64,000 bases of DNA from Trichoplax adhaerens (Eukaryota; Animalia; Placozoa): NCBI RefSeq assembly GCF_000150275.1, contig NW_002060944.1, positions 5,150,123 through 5,214,122 on the forward strand. The letters are read 5' to 3'. This document shows, piece by piece, positions 1 through 14,839 of this stretch. Numbering within the stretch: the stretch's first letter is position 1; each line of letters begins with the position of its first letter. The translations under genes were made by a program, and so were the position numbers. Below the pieces are notes generated by a model, which was not told the DNA's origin, made no database searches, and saw only the letters and a program-made list of their open reading frames with translations.

Positions 1-172
1 CAGTACCATACTGTACAGTACACTGTACAGCACATACAGTATTAAATTCTCCTTCTCACCGCAGCCAGTCTATTTCACAACGTCACAACATTTGGCTAGT
101 CAATCAGTGTGGAAAATTTTTCATTAAATTAACGTACATTATTACTAACCTCCATTGCCCTTGCTAGCAATT

Positions 173-3100
173 ATGGAATCTTTTCAACGCTTTGCTAACG
201 ATGCCGCTACGGCTTTCTCTCGTGCTAGACAGGTAAAATGATCATTTAACAGCGTAATCATGGAATTTTTCGTCTATGCTTATTGATCGATTGAACAGGA
301 CACTCGAGTGGATAGTCGCTGCTCTATACTGTAGTACTCTCTTCCCAACACTACTGTCTTTCACACGTCCTTTTTACCCCTCGGATTGTCAACTTAGCTA
401 CAATGGCTGTACTTATTTAATAACAACGCCAGACTAGAAAGACATAAAAATTCACGTCTAGAGACGATCAGCAATCAGCGATAGTACAGTATATGGAACA
501 ACATAGCAAAAGTGTTGTATAGTAAGTTCAATTCTCTGCAACAGCATTAATGAAACTAGTCAAAGACACTCTCGACAGTAATGGCTCAAGGGTTGGAATT
601 TCACCTTTCCTATTTTCCATTGCATGTATCTAAGTATATTTCATGATAACCTACAGTACATTTCCAAGTATAAATGAAAGAATCAACTGTTATATCGATA
701 GCCCCAACTAGTATAACCAGTGAATTTTTTCTCTGCAGTGCGTTGAAAACACAGACATTTTTTTGGCTACTTCGGTTGTTCAACGGATGACGTTACTGTC
801 GATGACGCACAATAATACTGTACAGTGCACAGTGTCTTGCGTCGGCTTAGTATCACAATACTGCTGTAAGTAATGGAAGGCTATGGTAATACTGTAGCTA
901 CACTACGTGGCTACATGCTAGGATCGACTGGTGAGAAACGCCTTAACTCAATTAAATTGTCAATCGAACGTTGGATCGATCGCTTATTTGAATTTCTTGA
1001 TCATTTCTAAAGCCGTGCTTGTCATCACTAGGTAGAATGATTGCGATCAACCCAATCTATTCAGCATATACAGTTGTTAAAATGATAAGAGCCCGTTTTG
1101 GGGGTGCTTGTATACTGTAGAACATGAAATCTTCATACATCACTCATGAACAGTGAGCAATATGTTACATCCGTCCAATAACGAGAAGAACACCATCAAC
1201 GTTGTAGATAGTGATCAACATTGTTTCAATTTCATCAATCTCTGATTTTTAATTCTGGGGGTTAATAGGAGTATACTTTTATTACCACACAACAACAGTG
1301 GCATAGAGTAGCATACCGAGGATAAAATGACATTCACGCACATCATGTTATTACACCTAGACAATATTTACTGCCATGTTCGTTGACACTACTAGTAAAG
1401 CTACTAATATTAGATTAGAGGGGAAGAGTGTGGTATGCACTTGGAAAATCCAAAATGATTGGATGGATAATAAAATTGAGATGAGAAATATTCGACTATT
1501 TTTCTCATTCCCATAATAATTCTACTATGAATGATCATTTTATCTCCATTACAATACAATCATTTGTATCAACTTATCAAAAGTACTTGTAAAATCATGA
1601 ACCACAATCGTACACTGTGTTGCTTTTACTTTCATATCCCTCAAATAACTACATCGATTAAAATTATATATTTACTTTGCTATGCTATAGTATCCTTGTA
1701 ATCGGATGAAAGACAGAGCTAAATCAGTAGATCAATATCTCTTCAATACATACAAAAAATGACTTAGAATATAATCGTGCATCATTAGTCTACAATGCCA
1801 TCATCGATCTTGTTTAGAATGATAACCGCAGTATTATTCAGGCAATTGATCGATCAGATGACTTGAAAGATTATTGTTACTATTTGGATGAGTAGTAAGC
1901 GTATCATTTTCTTGGATATATCTAGTATACTGAAGAGAAAATTGGCCATTCAGAAAAGACTCAATACGATCCTCAATTTGAAAATTTACAACGTAGAGCT
2001 GATCGTACCAAAGTATGGACTGAAAAACTCTGCAAACAAATGGAAAATGTTCTACAGCCTAATCCAAGTAGGTGGATCAAATAATCACTATTTTCTTTGT
2101 CTTGATTTTGGGTCTCAATAGCAATCACTTACTCGGATTAGTCTTACGATCAAGCCGAATACACTGGACCTGATCCAGTCTCTCTATAGTAAAGATTTCG
2201 CTGTTTATTACTTTCATTCAAAGAGACCAACTTTCCATGTTATACGCTAGATGAGCATACTAGCGTCTTTCTCTTATTTGTACAGATCTTTAACTGGAAT
2301 AATACAACTTGTATTACCAAATTAATTATTAATGAATCCAATTTGTCCATGTAGACTTGTTACGATTAATTATGCAAGTTTTGATAGCTTTCATGTAATA
2401 GTAATTGATTGTATTGGATATTTTCTAGCTGTAGCAATTAAAGTAAAAATTATATTTTAATAATAGAGGATAAATCGTGGATGATTGACTTTTGATCAAT
2501 TCATCCTAACTAGATGAGCACACTATTTCTAAATTTTCTACTCTATTTTATTGCTTTTTTTTTGTTGATAAGAAGTCGTTAATAACATCGGTACAGTTTT
2601 TTGTAATATCATACCGCTATCCGATCATTCTAAAAGAATTGCAAATTTGTTATCTCTATAGAATAACACTGACAGTTGACTAAAACTATTGCAACAAATG
2701 CGTATACTTATAGTCATGCTCGAATACTGTACCTTATGATTTGATACTACTCATATACAAGTACGATAAAAGACACATGTTATCTTTATTTGCTTACTAG
2801 CTGTTCGAATGGAAGAATTTTTCCTTGAAAAATTGGATAAGAAAAAACGTCCAAGATTGACGAATCATGAAGTTCTTGGTCAATTAATGACAAGTGCTGG
2901 CAATGATTATGGACCTAACACTGCTCTTGGTAAACTTACTTACTAGTGTATTATAGGGACCAAGTTAAATAATTTTTAGCCAAGCTCTTTCTGTCAGTAT
3001 TGCCTACCAAGTAGTAAACACATATGATACGGTGTTTCTAGTCCTAAATTTACAAAGAATTTTTTAAAAACTTTCGGTACTTTTACTAATTAATTATAAT

Positions 3101-5977
3101 CAGGACCACAATAATGTGTTAATATACCGTACTTCGTATTATAACTACAGTTAATATCATTCAATAGCTTCAATAAGTTATTTTTCATCTGAAAGTTAAT
3201 TATTTTGATCATGAAAGTAAAATTTGAATATGAAGAAAAAATTATCACCTATTAGGTCACAAAGTAATCGTAATTATATTGTAAATATTACCATTTATGC
3301 GTACAATGGCGCGCTGATATTCTAAAATGGCGTCATGATTTTAAAATTCTGAATGATTTCTCTGTTAACTTTACCATAGGTGGTGCTTTAATTAAGGTCG
3401 GAAATGTGCAAGCAAAGATTGGTTTATCCGAGAGGGAATTTGTTGAAACTTCCGCTAGAAAATTTATAAAGCCATGCAAAACCTATATAGAAAATGATTG
3501 CAAATCTATCAGCGTATGTAATAAAATATGTTTGGTCATCCTTTCAATTTTGTTCTATCATTATAGTTATCAATGAACTGTAGTAGTATTCAATCTTATT
3601 GCAAACAAATTATACACTTGCCTTTAATACTATCTACGAGCATAATAATTATAATAAATCCGCTAAATAGATTCTTATAGCATTTCAAGACACAATTTCA
3701 ATTTTTTACCTGTACCAATTTTACTCTACCTTTATAAATCCTTACTTTCCAACTGTATGACATACGTTACCTTCCACCTTATTATACGCAGTTATTGACC
3801 AATTTTTTACTTATAATTTTGTATTTGGTCACTAATGTTATAATAGCAGTGTAGCACTTGAAAGATATCCTCTGAAGTCGTAAATTTACTTCGGTGTTAA
3901 TTCTGTAATACATTACTACCCATAGACTAAAGATTATACAGTGGAGAATTCTAGTTTACTCCAGATTAAGTTGATTGTTTATTACAGAATGATATCTATG
4001 TAATTTGCTTGTTATTTGTTCTAAATTCATAATATTATTTTAATATTTGATATCACTTGATAAATGTAGAAAGAAAGAAAACTACTCGCTGTCAAGAGAT
4101 TAGATCTAGATGCCTGTAAGAGTAAATTAAAGAAAGCTGTCAGTACGGAAAAAGCTCAAGCGGTAAGTTAAAATTTCTTTTATTCGTAACTAGTTTCCTT
4201 TTTATGATTCTTGTATTGGTTGTATAGCTGGCGTTAGTGGCTAATACAAGATAATTTATTCGTTTATATTAGTAATACGCTTATGAAATAATTAATTGTA
4301 AATTGTAATTAGATAAAACTACTACATACGTAAGATTTACTAGTATAGATTTTAGTTTCAATTTTTGATTTAGTTTTACCGGCCAAGAACAGCGTTTTAT
4401 TTTCATTCCTTCTATTGTACATTTAAATGTAACTTACAAAGATACAGAAGATAATGATTATGATACAAATGCAACGATATCAATGGCTTACAATAATTCT
4501 TAAACGACAGTTAGCTATTCTTGTAACGTAATTAAAATACCAAGTTTTTGTAATACTGCAGGCTGATAACGATTTACGTGCTGCACAAAGTGAATTTGAT
4601 CGTCAACATGAAATAACAAAGTTGATGTTGGATGGCGTTGGAAGTACACATGTACGTGTTCTGAGTGGCTAAAATGCTGGGAAACTTGTTATTTATTTTG
4701 TATATAGAATCACACTTTACAGTCCAAAATAAACAAACCGAGAATTGCATTCTAAAATACTACTAGTAGACTTGTAGTGTACAATATACTGTAAACAGTA
4801 CTACACAAAGCAGTATAAGTTACGTGCTATAGTATCACAATTGTAGCGAGCTATACATATTTTGTAGCATAACTTGGTTCTATTTTATTGAAACAAAATA
4901 CACTAAATTAGTTATATTAAAATTTAGTAAATTGCCGCACGAATAACGTTATAAACTTACACCTGCATATATGAAAAATGCGGCTAATTTTACAGTATTT
5001 GACGTCATTATTGATCATTACTGATATATTGCAACCTACCGTATTGTATTACATGGTAAGATCTGATTACCAGTGTCAGTTCTGGAATGCAACTTATTGA
5101 TTCATAAGAGCATTCTGTTTTTAAAAAATGTTCATAAAGAATTTAACTTCTCTAATTTAATTTTTTATTTTCTCCTTTATATAATTATCTATCGGAATAC
5201 TGCAGACCAATCAACTCCGTAGTTTAGGAGAATTTGTTGAAGCACAACTTAAGTATTATCTTACTAGCTACCGTGAATTGATCGAGTTGCAAAAGCAATT
5301 AAACAGGTAGAGATACGTTTTCTTTATGGCAATATATTGTTTTTAGCCGTAGTCAACTGTGAAAGTTACAACTGTAATTATTGATAGCATAATTTTATAA
5401 CATTTAATGTGTAGATCATCATATAATAGACGGAAAATCGTTGATTTTTTAAATTGTGCTATAGGAATTATGATAATATCGTATAAAATATAAATAGAGG
5501 ATTTAAATATAATTTGATAATTTATATTAATAATTAGGTAATTTATTTGGTATTCTGGTAGTACGAGATTTATTTCTCATCAATGCAGTATAATTAGTAT
5601 TGGCTATTAATTGGTTTATAACACTTAATATCAATGCTGCTTACATCCATCTAATTAAATATCAATCACTTCCCCAATCGTCTTTATACTGTAGCACCGA
5701 CGCATTTGCACCTAACGCCACTGTTGGTACAAACTCAACTTCTAGGGACGATATCGCTAATGAAGAAATGTCTCCATTGAAGCCTGCGGTTAATGTAGCA
5801 AGTCGTGCCAAAGTACTATACGATTATGATGCTGCCAATGCTTCTGAATTAAGTCTATTAGCAGACGAAATTATTACAGTTCTTGCTGTCCCAGGTATGG
5901 ATGAAGACTGGATCATGGCTGAGAGAGGCAATCAAAGAGGCAAAGTTCCAACAACATATATCCAGATATTGTCTTAA
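173..5977 (+). CDS. SH3GLB1: Endophilin-B (N-BAR + SH3), 8 coding exons
   Basis: Exons 173-232, 1926-2067, 2801-2929, 3380-3513, 4070-4162, 4562-4651, 5206-5306 and 5695-5977 join in frame with GT-AG introns. Translation MESFQRFANDAATAFSRARQ-YTEEKIGHSEKT...LQPNP...KERKLLAVKRLDLDACK...QSEFDRQHEITK...AKVLYDYDAANASELSLLADE...GKVPTTY matches endophilin B. Co-ortholog of vertebrate SH3GLB1 and SH3GLB2. Confidence 0.95.
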
Positions 5978-7435
5978 AATTGACTGTATGGGCGTTATTA
6001 GCAAAAACATTATCCCTTGTAGGGTTCATCTATGGTTTAAACTAGGAAAAATAACAAATTAAGTCATCAGTATCTGATATGCTAAGACTAAAAATACTAC
6101 TACGACACGTACTCGTACAATATCATCGCATGTACTGTATTGTTATTAATAGGCATCGATTCTACGGTTATCATTCAATTGATGTTTTTTAGTTGTAGAA
6201 AGTATATTATAGTTTATTAACACCTAACTAACAGTAACCATCCATAATACAAAAATATTGATAAGTTTTTGCTTCAGCCGAGTATATAGTATTACGATAA
6301 TTCTATTTTTAGATCGACATACTTGCATACAGTAGTATAGTACGGTAGGATGTGATAGCAAAATGTTTTACCGTCAACTGATGAAAAGTTTAGATTTAAC
6401 TCTAGTTATTTTCATTGCAAGGCATATACATAATATTAACTGTTATACTGTGCTGTAACAATTTACTGTGTTGTATAATCAGTATATTTACGCATATACA
6501 TATATATAAAAAGGTGCATGCAAAATTTATATATATGTACTGTATATGCGTCGCAAAAAGTAGAATGCAATATTATGATACCGTTGAGGAAGTAGTTTTG
6601 ATCGCAGATTTTATAAAATCGGTAATTTAAAATTTAATTGCCACCTTTCCTCTATCGTACACTATTTCAATGTATAATGTACTATGAACAATTGGATATT
6701 CAGTAAATTTATTGTTGTAATCAAGTATCTAATGCAGAGTAATCAGTAGTATTTTACAATAAGCGTGCATATCTAATAACTTTTGATATGTGTTTTATTG
6801 ATTATATATTTCCTGAAAGTATGTGCAATATTATTGGTGAAAAGTAACAATAGTACTGCAGTGAATTGTTACAATAGCCTACAATGCGATAGTGCATCGC
6901 ATGTAGGGAACATATTTGTTATTATTTACATGGCAGGGATCAATATCGGAGGAAATAAAATGAAATGCAGCAGTGCTACTTGTTGAACTGTGATATACCG
7001 ATTAAATTATTGTTAAACTACATAATTTTATAGATAATGTAAGCAATCTGCAATAGCAAAATTTGATTGCACTCTTATATTAAGCTATTAAAAACTTAAA
7101 CGATGCGAATTCGAATTTTAATACAAACACAGCATGATTTTTAAAGTAAAAGCTGTCGATCTTCATTAAAATCAGTAAAAAGATATAATGATGCAAGGCT
7201 ACTGTAGATACTCGTATAGCGTAACTAGTGTACGCAACTTCCGAATTCAGATACTATTAACTAAGCTACTTAACAATAAATAACATGTATTTAAATCTTG
7301 CATTAGAAATAGAGGAAGAAATTAGATGCTCGTACAAAGGTAGTTTGTTTAAACTTTGTTGGTCATTAAATCTATGTAAAACAGTCTAATATTAAATAGT
7401 CTTTAATTTTCAGCAATCTACTTCTCGCGTCTTTT

Positions 7436-10400
7436 TTAACTTTTAAGAGGTGATTGTATTGGAGATAGAGTAGAATTGAGTGTATCACTGTTACCAAAAA
7501 CGCTGGAGTATGTTGATTTTAGGAAGGAGACATAATTTTGCATAGTGCGTGTAGTGTTGTTCGCTTGTTCAAGGCGATCCTTCATATCATTGAGTCTAGA
7601 GTTGCACTTTCTTTCCGCCTATATATCAGTTAAAATTATCATGGATTTCATAAATGAACTTGTTTCTATAAATAACTATAAACACGATAACTAGCTAAAA
7701 ATAATAGTTTGCGCAAAAATATTTCAGCAAAATGTCATCACAGCAATATCAATTACATTACTATAAATTATAAATAGTCGAATACAGTAAATGCAAGATC
7801 AATAAATCTAACCTCTTCTTTTAATCGTTTGTATTGGACATTGGTATTGTTAAGCTTATTAATTTCTCCTTCTAATTCAATTATTCGCTTTTGTGCTTCA
7901 CGATCCTGTTAACCATGGACATCAATATTTTCAAAAACATTAGCATAAAGGTTTGATATACGCCACATGATAATTATAACTGTATTATGCATGAAAAATT
8001 AGCGTTTCGTATAACTTTTGGCATACTTTAGCAGTAAGACGTTCCCGTTGCATCTCCGATTGTCTCCTTGCATCGGCCAATGCAGTTTCATATTGTCGAA
8101 TATTGGTTGTATGTTCCCTGGTTTTCTCATCTAACCGATCCTAATATAAATTACACCGGATAAAAGTGATATAAAAATAGATCTTTGGACAATTTCAAAG
8201 TTATAGTATTTTAATGCATAAATAACGTTCTCATCGTGAATAGATATACATACAATATTGTTATCAACTCAAATTTAGTTTATCTAGAAAATGACAAGCA
8301 TGGACAATATGAAGGCCTTGATATCTAGTCATTCTATCATATCCCAATATCCAGATATTTGATTGAAAAATACTCATACAGACATTCAGATATGAAGTGA
8401 TGATCCTATGCCGTAACTATCTACCTCCATTTGTTGAATAGTATCTTCCCGCTTGTTAACCAAATTAGCGTAATCACGATTCTGTTGTTCCAAGTCTTTA
8501 ACTTTCCTAAATTACACAAATATTTACATCAACTGTGGTGCAGTGTACGTACTAGTTCATAAAATTTTGCACGATACATGATAAGTTGAAGCGCTGGGTT
8601 AGCTCAAGGATTGGAATCGACCGATTTAAAATATGAATTACCTATTCAAATTTTCTATTTTCTCCTGATGACCTTTACTCTCTTCGGTTAATGTATACGA
8701 TTTTAGCTTAAGCTCACTGGCTTGCGCCATTTGAGTGTCATATTTATTTGTTAATTCTGCATTTAATTTCATTTGATCCGTTAGACGTTTTTCGTAACCG
8801 ACAATTCTTTCTTGTGCTTCCTGAAATCGAATCTCTGTTGTCTATATCAATATATATAATTTACATAATAATTATAATCAAAGAGTGATTTATTGACCCT
8901 AATCGCTATTAATGGAAACTAATATTCCTTCATACTTTGAGCAGATCTGGTAAAGGTTCCAGTTCTGATAAGCGCTGCTGCAATTTCATTCTCATCTGCA
9001 ATTATAATAATATAATACCCATATGAATTAAGTGAGGTAATAGTCTTTATTACATATTCTCATGAAAGGCTAAGAATGGATTCTTATAGGGCGCTTTGGC
9101 CGCAAAGACAAGCGATTATTTATTTATTTGACTATATAGCAGAAAGGCTACAATGTCCTATAGATAATACTATACCTTTTCCATTTCAAAGACACCTTCT
9201 TGCTGCATCTTGGAACTCTCCTGCTCCTGTTTATGTAATCGGATAGAATGCTCATCGACATCTTGACGATATTTTTCAATCTAGATAAACATAGTCAATA
9301 ACATCGTTATCAATATAAGGAAATCTATTTCTCAAACCAACACGTACGAGCAAGTGGAAAATATTTGTATATTTAAATTGGGAGAATGTTAGAAGGAAAC
9401 CCTTACAAAATATTCTCTTGTCGTTAAAGTTACCTGAGATTTATAGTCTCCTAACAATTTTTCATATTGCTGGATGCTACCTTGCAGTTGGCTTATTTCC
9501 TGCTGATTTTTAGATATCTAACCCGAAGAAATTCGTCAAATGTTTGGATCATCCGTTGCCATCAAATATGCCCGGAAATATGTTAATTTTACATTAGGAC
9601 AATGAAACATGTCACATTTACTAACATGCTGATAGTCTTTAAGAAATTCTCTCACCTGCTGCATAGAAGCTTGTTCGGTCTCCTTCAGTTTATTTTCTAA
9701 TTCAACGATGATGCGCTATCATATAGAATGGATGATTTGAAATTTAGAGTTAATAATGGGTGACAAAAAAAGGCTAAGAAATAATTACCATGTTTATATT
9801 CATCTTAATTAATTTAAAGCTTATACAAGAAAAACGTATAATATTAATATACTGTATAGCTGTTTTAGCTTTACCTTAAGTCTCTCAATTTCCGCTTTGA
9901 GTGATTGAATTTCAGTAATTTTATTTTCCAATTGCTGATTAATATTATTGATCGTAAGCTATAAGGAAGAAGGAAATGCTTTTATTATAATTTTATTATT
10001 AATAATTATCCTTTATGCAGACAGTTACTTGTAATGAAGATATAATAACATAGTATGCAGATGTTGTGCATTAAAGAAGTCAAAATCAGCCATTTCGCTA
10101 ACTCTAGTTATTATAATAATAACTCGACTGCACGCTTACGCTATGAATTAGAGCTGAGGAGATGAGAATTTAACAAACTATATAGTTGTATATACCTTGG
10201 ATGCTTCTTGACTATTTTCCCACTTTAACTTGATTTCTTCCTTTTGGCTATATGCAATCAAGGGAGAATTAGCTAATTTAAATATCAGGCTTGTGACATA
10301 AACAGCAAAGAACAATATTTAGTAAGTAAGTGATATATTAATGACCTAGTAGCTGTAATCATTTCCTTTTCTAATCGGGAGATTTCTTTCACTAATTTAG

Positions 10401-13400
10401 TCTGCTTAGTTCGTGACTGCTCTAAATTAGCAAGAGCTTCGGCCAATTGAGTCTCTTTTTCCCGATATTGGTTGTGATAAGTTTCTGCAGTATCCTGACT
10501 ACGATGTGCTCTTTCCATATAGACTCTATCAAATCAAAAACAATCGAAAAATTATACTGAATACCTATAACTACTTTTCGTGAATTAGTCGGGTATAGTT
10601 ATCTAAAAACATTGATGACGATTATTGATAACCTAACTCTCCATTTATAACTTAGAATCTTGGAATTTATTGATAATCGAACTTACTTTGCAGCTTTCTT
10701 TAATGCACCTTTTTCCTTGCTTGTTTTATCCTGTAATAACAAATGCAAATCAATCTATAAAAATATATAAAATCTATCGTATCTATGATTGATAAAGTAT
10801 TTATAGTGCAGTGTTACAGTCTGGATAATAGTTGTATGAAATTTTTCAATAAATATACTGGCTAATCTCAAATATGAATTTTTTATATTACTTGTAAGGT
10901 AAGTTGGGTATTGTTGACATAAATATTTATTTTAAGACCGGAAATTTTAAAAGTTTATAGTAAAATTAAGCCGTAAAGTTTTTATTAGAAGTTTATGATT
11001 ACCAACATCAATAAAAACAATCTATCAAAATATAAAGATAAACTATGATTATGAATCATATAGATATGAATATATTACATATCTGGTATCTTTAATGCAC
11101 GTATAAAAATTTAAGATCTATTCACAGGAAGAAAATGGTGAACTAGTACACTGAATAGTTCACGTATTAGTTTTCTTGGTGGTATTGAGCTCTATCTTAC
11201 CTTAGCAGCTTTCAGTAATCTTCTCAGCTGATCAGTTTCGTATTTTTCTTGTTCTAAATGTCTTTCTAAATTCTAATATAAAGATAGGTGTCGTTTAAAG
11301 GTGAAGATTGGTAATGATTAAGAAGTCTTATTAAAGAACATCTACCTGGATTTTGATATGCTGCATCTGCATTTCTTCTTTTCTGGAATTTAAATCCACT
11401 TCTAATTGCGCCTTTGATTTTTCGGCTGATATCTGTAACTGCTGAAAAGTCTGCGCATGGTCCTATCGAAATTTAGTAGAAGAGATTAACCTTCAGAATT
11501 TATAGTATACTAAAAATATAAATGAGGCCTGCCTTCTCTTGGGTCATTCGTAACTTGAGCCGATCAACGTCTTTTTCACGTTCACACAGTTCTGTATCTA
11601 ATGTCTGTCAAAGAATATCAGAATTGTCAGATCTATGCAGATCTTGCGTTTTAGTATAATAATTAAGCAATTTGTAACTGTAAGTTAGTTATAATTTCAT
11701 TATAGTATAACGAACAGAGAAAATTGTATGTCTTTTGCTAGAGAAATTAAAATATAAAAGCTACATACTGTATTAATATAGTAACATCGAAAAGTTGCCA
11801 TATACGAGTATACGTCGTTCAGTTTCTACCTTTTTTACTTAACAATAGCAACCATATATACTATTACAGTCAGTTGCAGTTTTACAGTGATAAATGAAAT
11901 ACTAGAAAATATGTTTATCAAGGAATAGAAATAAAAGAGGTCAATTCTGGAATAATATAGTAGTATCGAAGCTAGACTTATGGCATGCATATTGCTTCTC
12001 TACATATTTGTTGCAATTTAGCTAGATTAGGAAGAATAAATAACTATGCACATATTTATTTGTTCGACATGAGCTCAACTCTGTTGACGATTCTATATTT
12101 TAAAAGTCCAAGAAATTATTATAAAATCGGTAGCAAGTTAAATATGATATATAGTATGGTAAGAAATAAGAATTAGATAGTATTTACGCTATCAAGACAA
12201 CTTTATATAAATAAACTTGAGTTTAGATTGAGTATTAATGCTAGAATGTTTGTAAATTACTTCATCATTAAAGAAGACAGTAACTCTAATTTGTCAATTC
12301 TAACTAGTCGGTACGAAATTCTATTAAACGCGCAAATAGATATTCAGGATTAAATTGCGCTAATAAATTCGCTTTCTTATTTGCACTGTGGCTTATTTGG
12401 TAGTTTTGAGCCCTAAAATTGAAGATCACGTCACGATATCTACATTGTACTAACTCGTAGTTTCCCTTCATATTCATCAATTTTCTCCAGTAATATTCCT
12501 TTCTCTTGTTTCCATTCTTGAAAACTTCTCTGTTAAGTAATAATACCTCTATTATTAAATACTGTCACCAAGTAATATCGATGAGGTGAACATACATGAG
12601 CTCTGCCTTCTCTTTTTTCTTTATCCCTTAAAAGGCTACGGAGTCTCTGGTTGATTCTTTCAAATTCTGATAGCTTATCCAAGAGTAATTCTCGCTGATT
12701 AGCTAAAACTTCAATGTCTGCTTTGGACGAATACTTATTCTACATGTTAATGAATATAAAATCTGTATTAGCCTCATATATTTTACATCAGTAGTTGGAT
12801 TACATATTGCATTACTTCTAATTTCAATTTATGCATCTGATTTTTTAATTTATGAACTTCTTTTGTTGTTTGCTGTTCCTCAATTTCAGCTTCGGCCAGT
12901 TTCGATAGTAAATGATCGCGTTCATTCGCCAAATATAAATTTTCAGTTCTAAATGCAGCAATTAAGGAAATTTTAGGGTTAATGAAAATTGCCATGCTTG
13001 TATTTTGTTATTTAGGCCTTAAATTGTCATCTTACCTGGATAGATTAGCATCATTTTTAACCAAATCTAACGACTTTCGTAATTCATTCTTTTCTTCTTC
13101 AGCTCTGTCTAATTCTGTCTTGTAATCCTGCAACAAAATCAACTTAATAAACTTTCGGCTATGCATCCAATGTATCTTTAAAGATTAATGATGAGGTAAT
13201 AACTGTCTGCAGCTTTTAAATATATTATTTCAAAAATTTACCTCTAATTCATTAGCAGCTTGTCTTAAAGCTAACGTAGATTCGTATAGATGATCATCTT
13301 TTTTATCTATCTTTCTCAAAGTACGCTGTAAATTAACCTAGAAATGATCAACCAATTTATTTATAAGCATTCCATATATTTTGCATTATCATCAGGTAAA

Positions 13401-14839
13401 TTGTAGATTCATATAATATCAATAAGTACTATATAGCAAAGCAATAATGAATATTTTTACCTCGCTTCTTAAGCTATTAATAGTGTTATTTAACTTGTTG
13501 ATTTTAGTGTTGTATTCGTTGATAATACGCGAGTTATCTTCTTCATCCGAAATAGAGTAATCGCTGATTCTTAGTTCCTGATCTTGGTATTGTTTTTTAG
13601 GCGATACTTGAAGGGAGTGTGAAGGGCTCTAATAAAATAAAAGGGACGTAAAGAGAAGTTAAAATAGCTCGTCAACTTTTCCATTAATTTATTTAGAGTA
13701 GACAAATGAAATGGACAACACAGCTACAAATATAATAAATCTTTCTACTTTCCCTAATTTTAAGTTAACTTTATGTGCTAAATAGATAATATTATTATAC
13801 GTAATTTGAATATTTCCCTTAATTATGCGATAGTATATGTGATATGGACGATATCTGCTACGGAAGATGCTTGCTATAATTCATATACCAAAGTACTGTT
13901 CTCAAGATTCATCATAGCCACTCTTTGTAAGACTATCATAACTTGTCAGAAGTACGGTAATTCATCATGCTATGAAAGTGTTAAATTAATGTATATGAAT
14001 AGAAGCTGTATTTATCATTTACAGTAGATGAATCCGCAGCCTATTTTTGGACATAGCAATGATCATAGTTTAGCCTTACCTCTACAACAATGTGCGATTA
14101 CAGAAATATACAGTACTACTTTTCAAGAAATACTATTATCGTTAATATTTTTAAGCCAAAGAATGTGTTTAGTTGGATAAAGTAAATTAGTATGCTATTG
14201 TCCACATAATAAGAAATGAGATCTAATCAGAGAAAGTGCCAAATCTTAACAGCTGTGAAAGCAAATGGGGTCTTCAATGCAGAGGAAATAGCGAAATGTT
14301 ATCGAATAAAGATTTTAAAAATAAAGGACCAACTATTGATAATATCTGCATGGACGCAAAAGCTTTATTAAACTTTAATCGATTATAAAATAGCGATTAA
14401 AACGAGAGCTAAATGTATTTATAACGAGTACCTGGAATGTTAGTTTGCTAGACGATGCTTTTGCTGGTGGAGGAATCCATGTAGGAGCAGCTGGTTTTAT
14501 ATTTCTTTTCGTTTCTTTCCTTAATACCTACAAGTTTAAATTGTAATAACGTCTTATTAGCAATATTTTGCATGTGATATAGTACTATTTATTTATAGCT
14601 TGTTGAGCAATTTAATTTTAATGTATGTCATTTTTGTACTATTTCATGATGATATAAAATTTCAAATAAGTTATGGATACAGTTACTTCGATATGATGAG
14701 AAGTAGTAGTTACTGAAATCATACATAATTAATCTACCTGCTGGCGTTTTTTGCCTTTGTTAACATGAACATGAACTGGAGTATCTTTTTCAACATGAAC
14801 ATGCAGTGGAGATTTCGATCGACCGTTATCGATGGCCAT
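7436..14839 (-). CDS. ODF2: Outer dense fiber protein 2 / cenexin (centriolar appendage coiled-coil protein), about 24 coding exons
   Basis: First exon 14738-14839 encodes MAIDNGRSKSPLHVHVEKDTPVHVHVNK (ODF2 signature). Exon 14432-14527 has PTWIPPPAK. Last exon 7436-7618 encodes DMKDRLEQANNTTRTMQNYVSFLKSTYSSVFG...SPIQSPLKS*. The intervening coiled-coil exons join in frame. Co-ortholog of ODF2 and ODF2L. Confidence 0.93.

Noticed and set aside
1690-1697. GTATCCTT U12-type donor in endophilin intron 1
   Set aside because: Not at an exon boundary; exons 1 and 2 join correctly with ordinary GT-AG sites.
1888-2121. 77-aa ORF as an independent gene
   Set aside because: Alternative frame over endophilin-B exon 2 (1926-2067).
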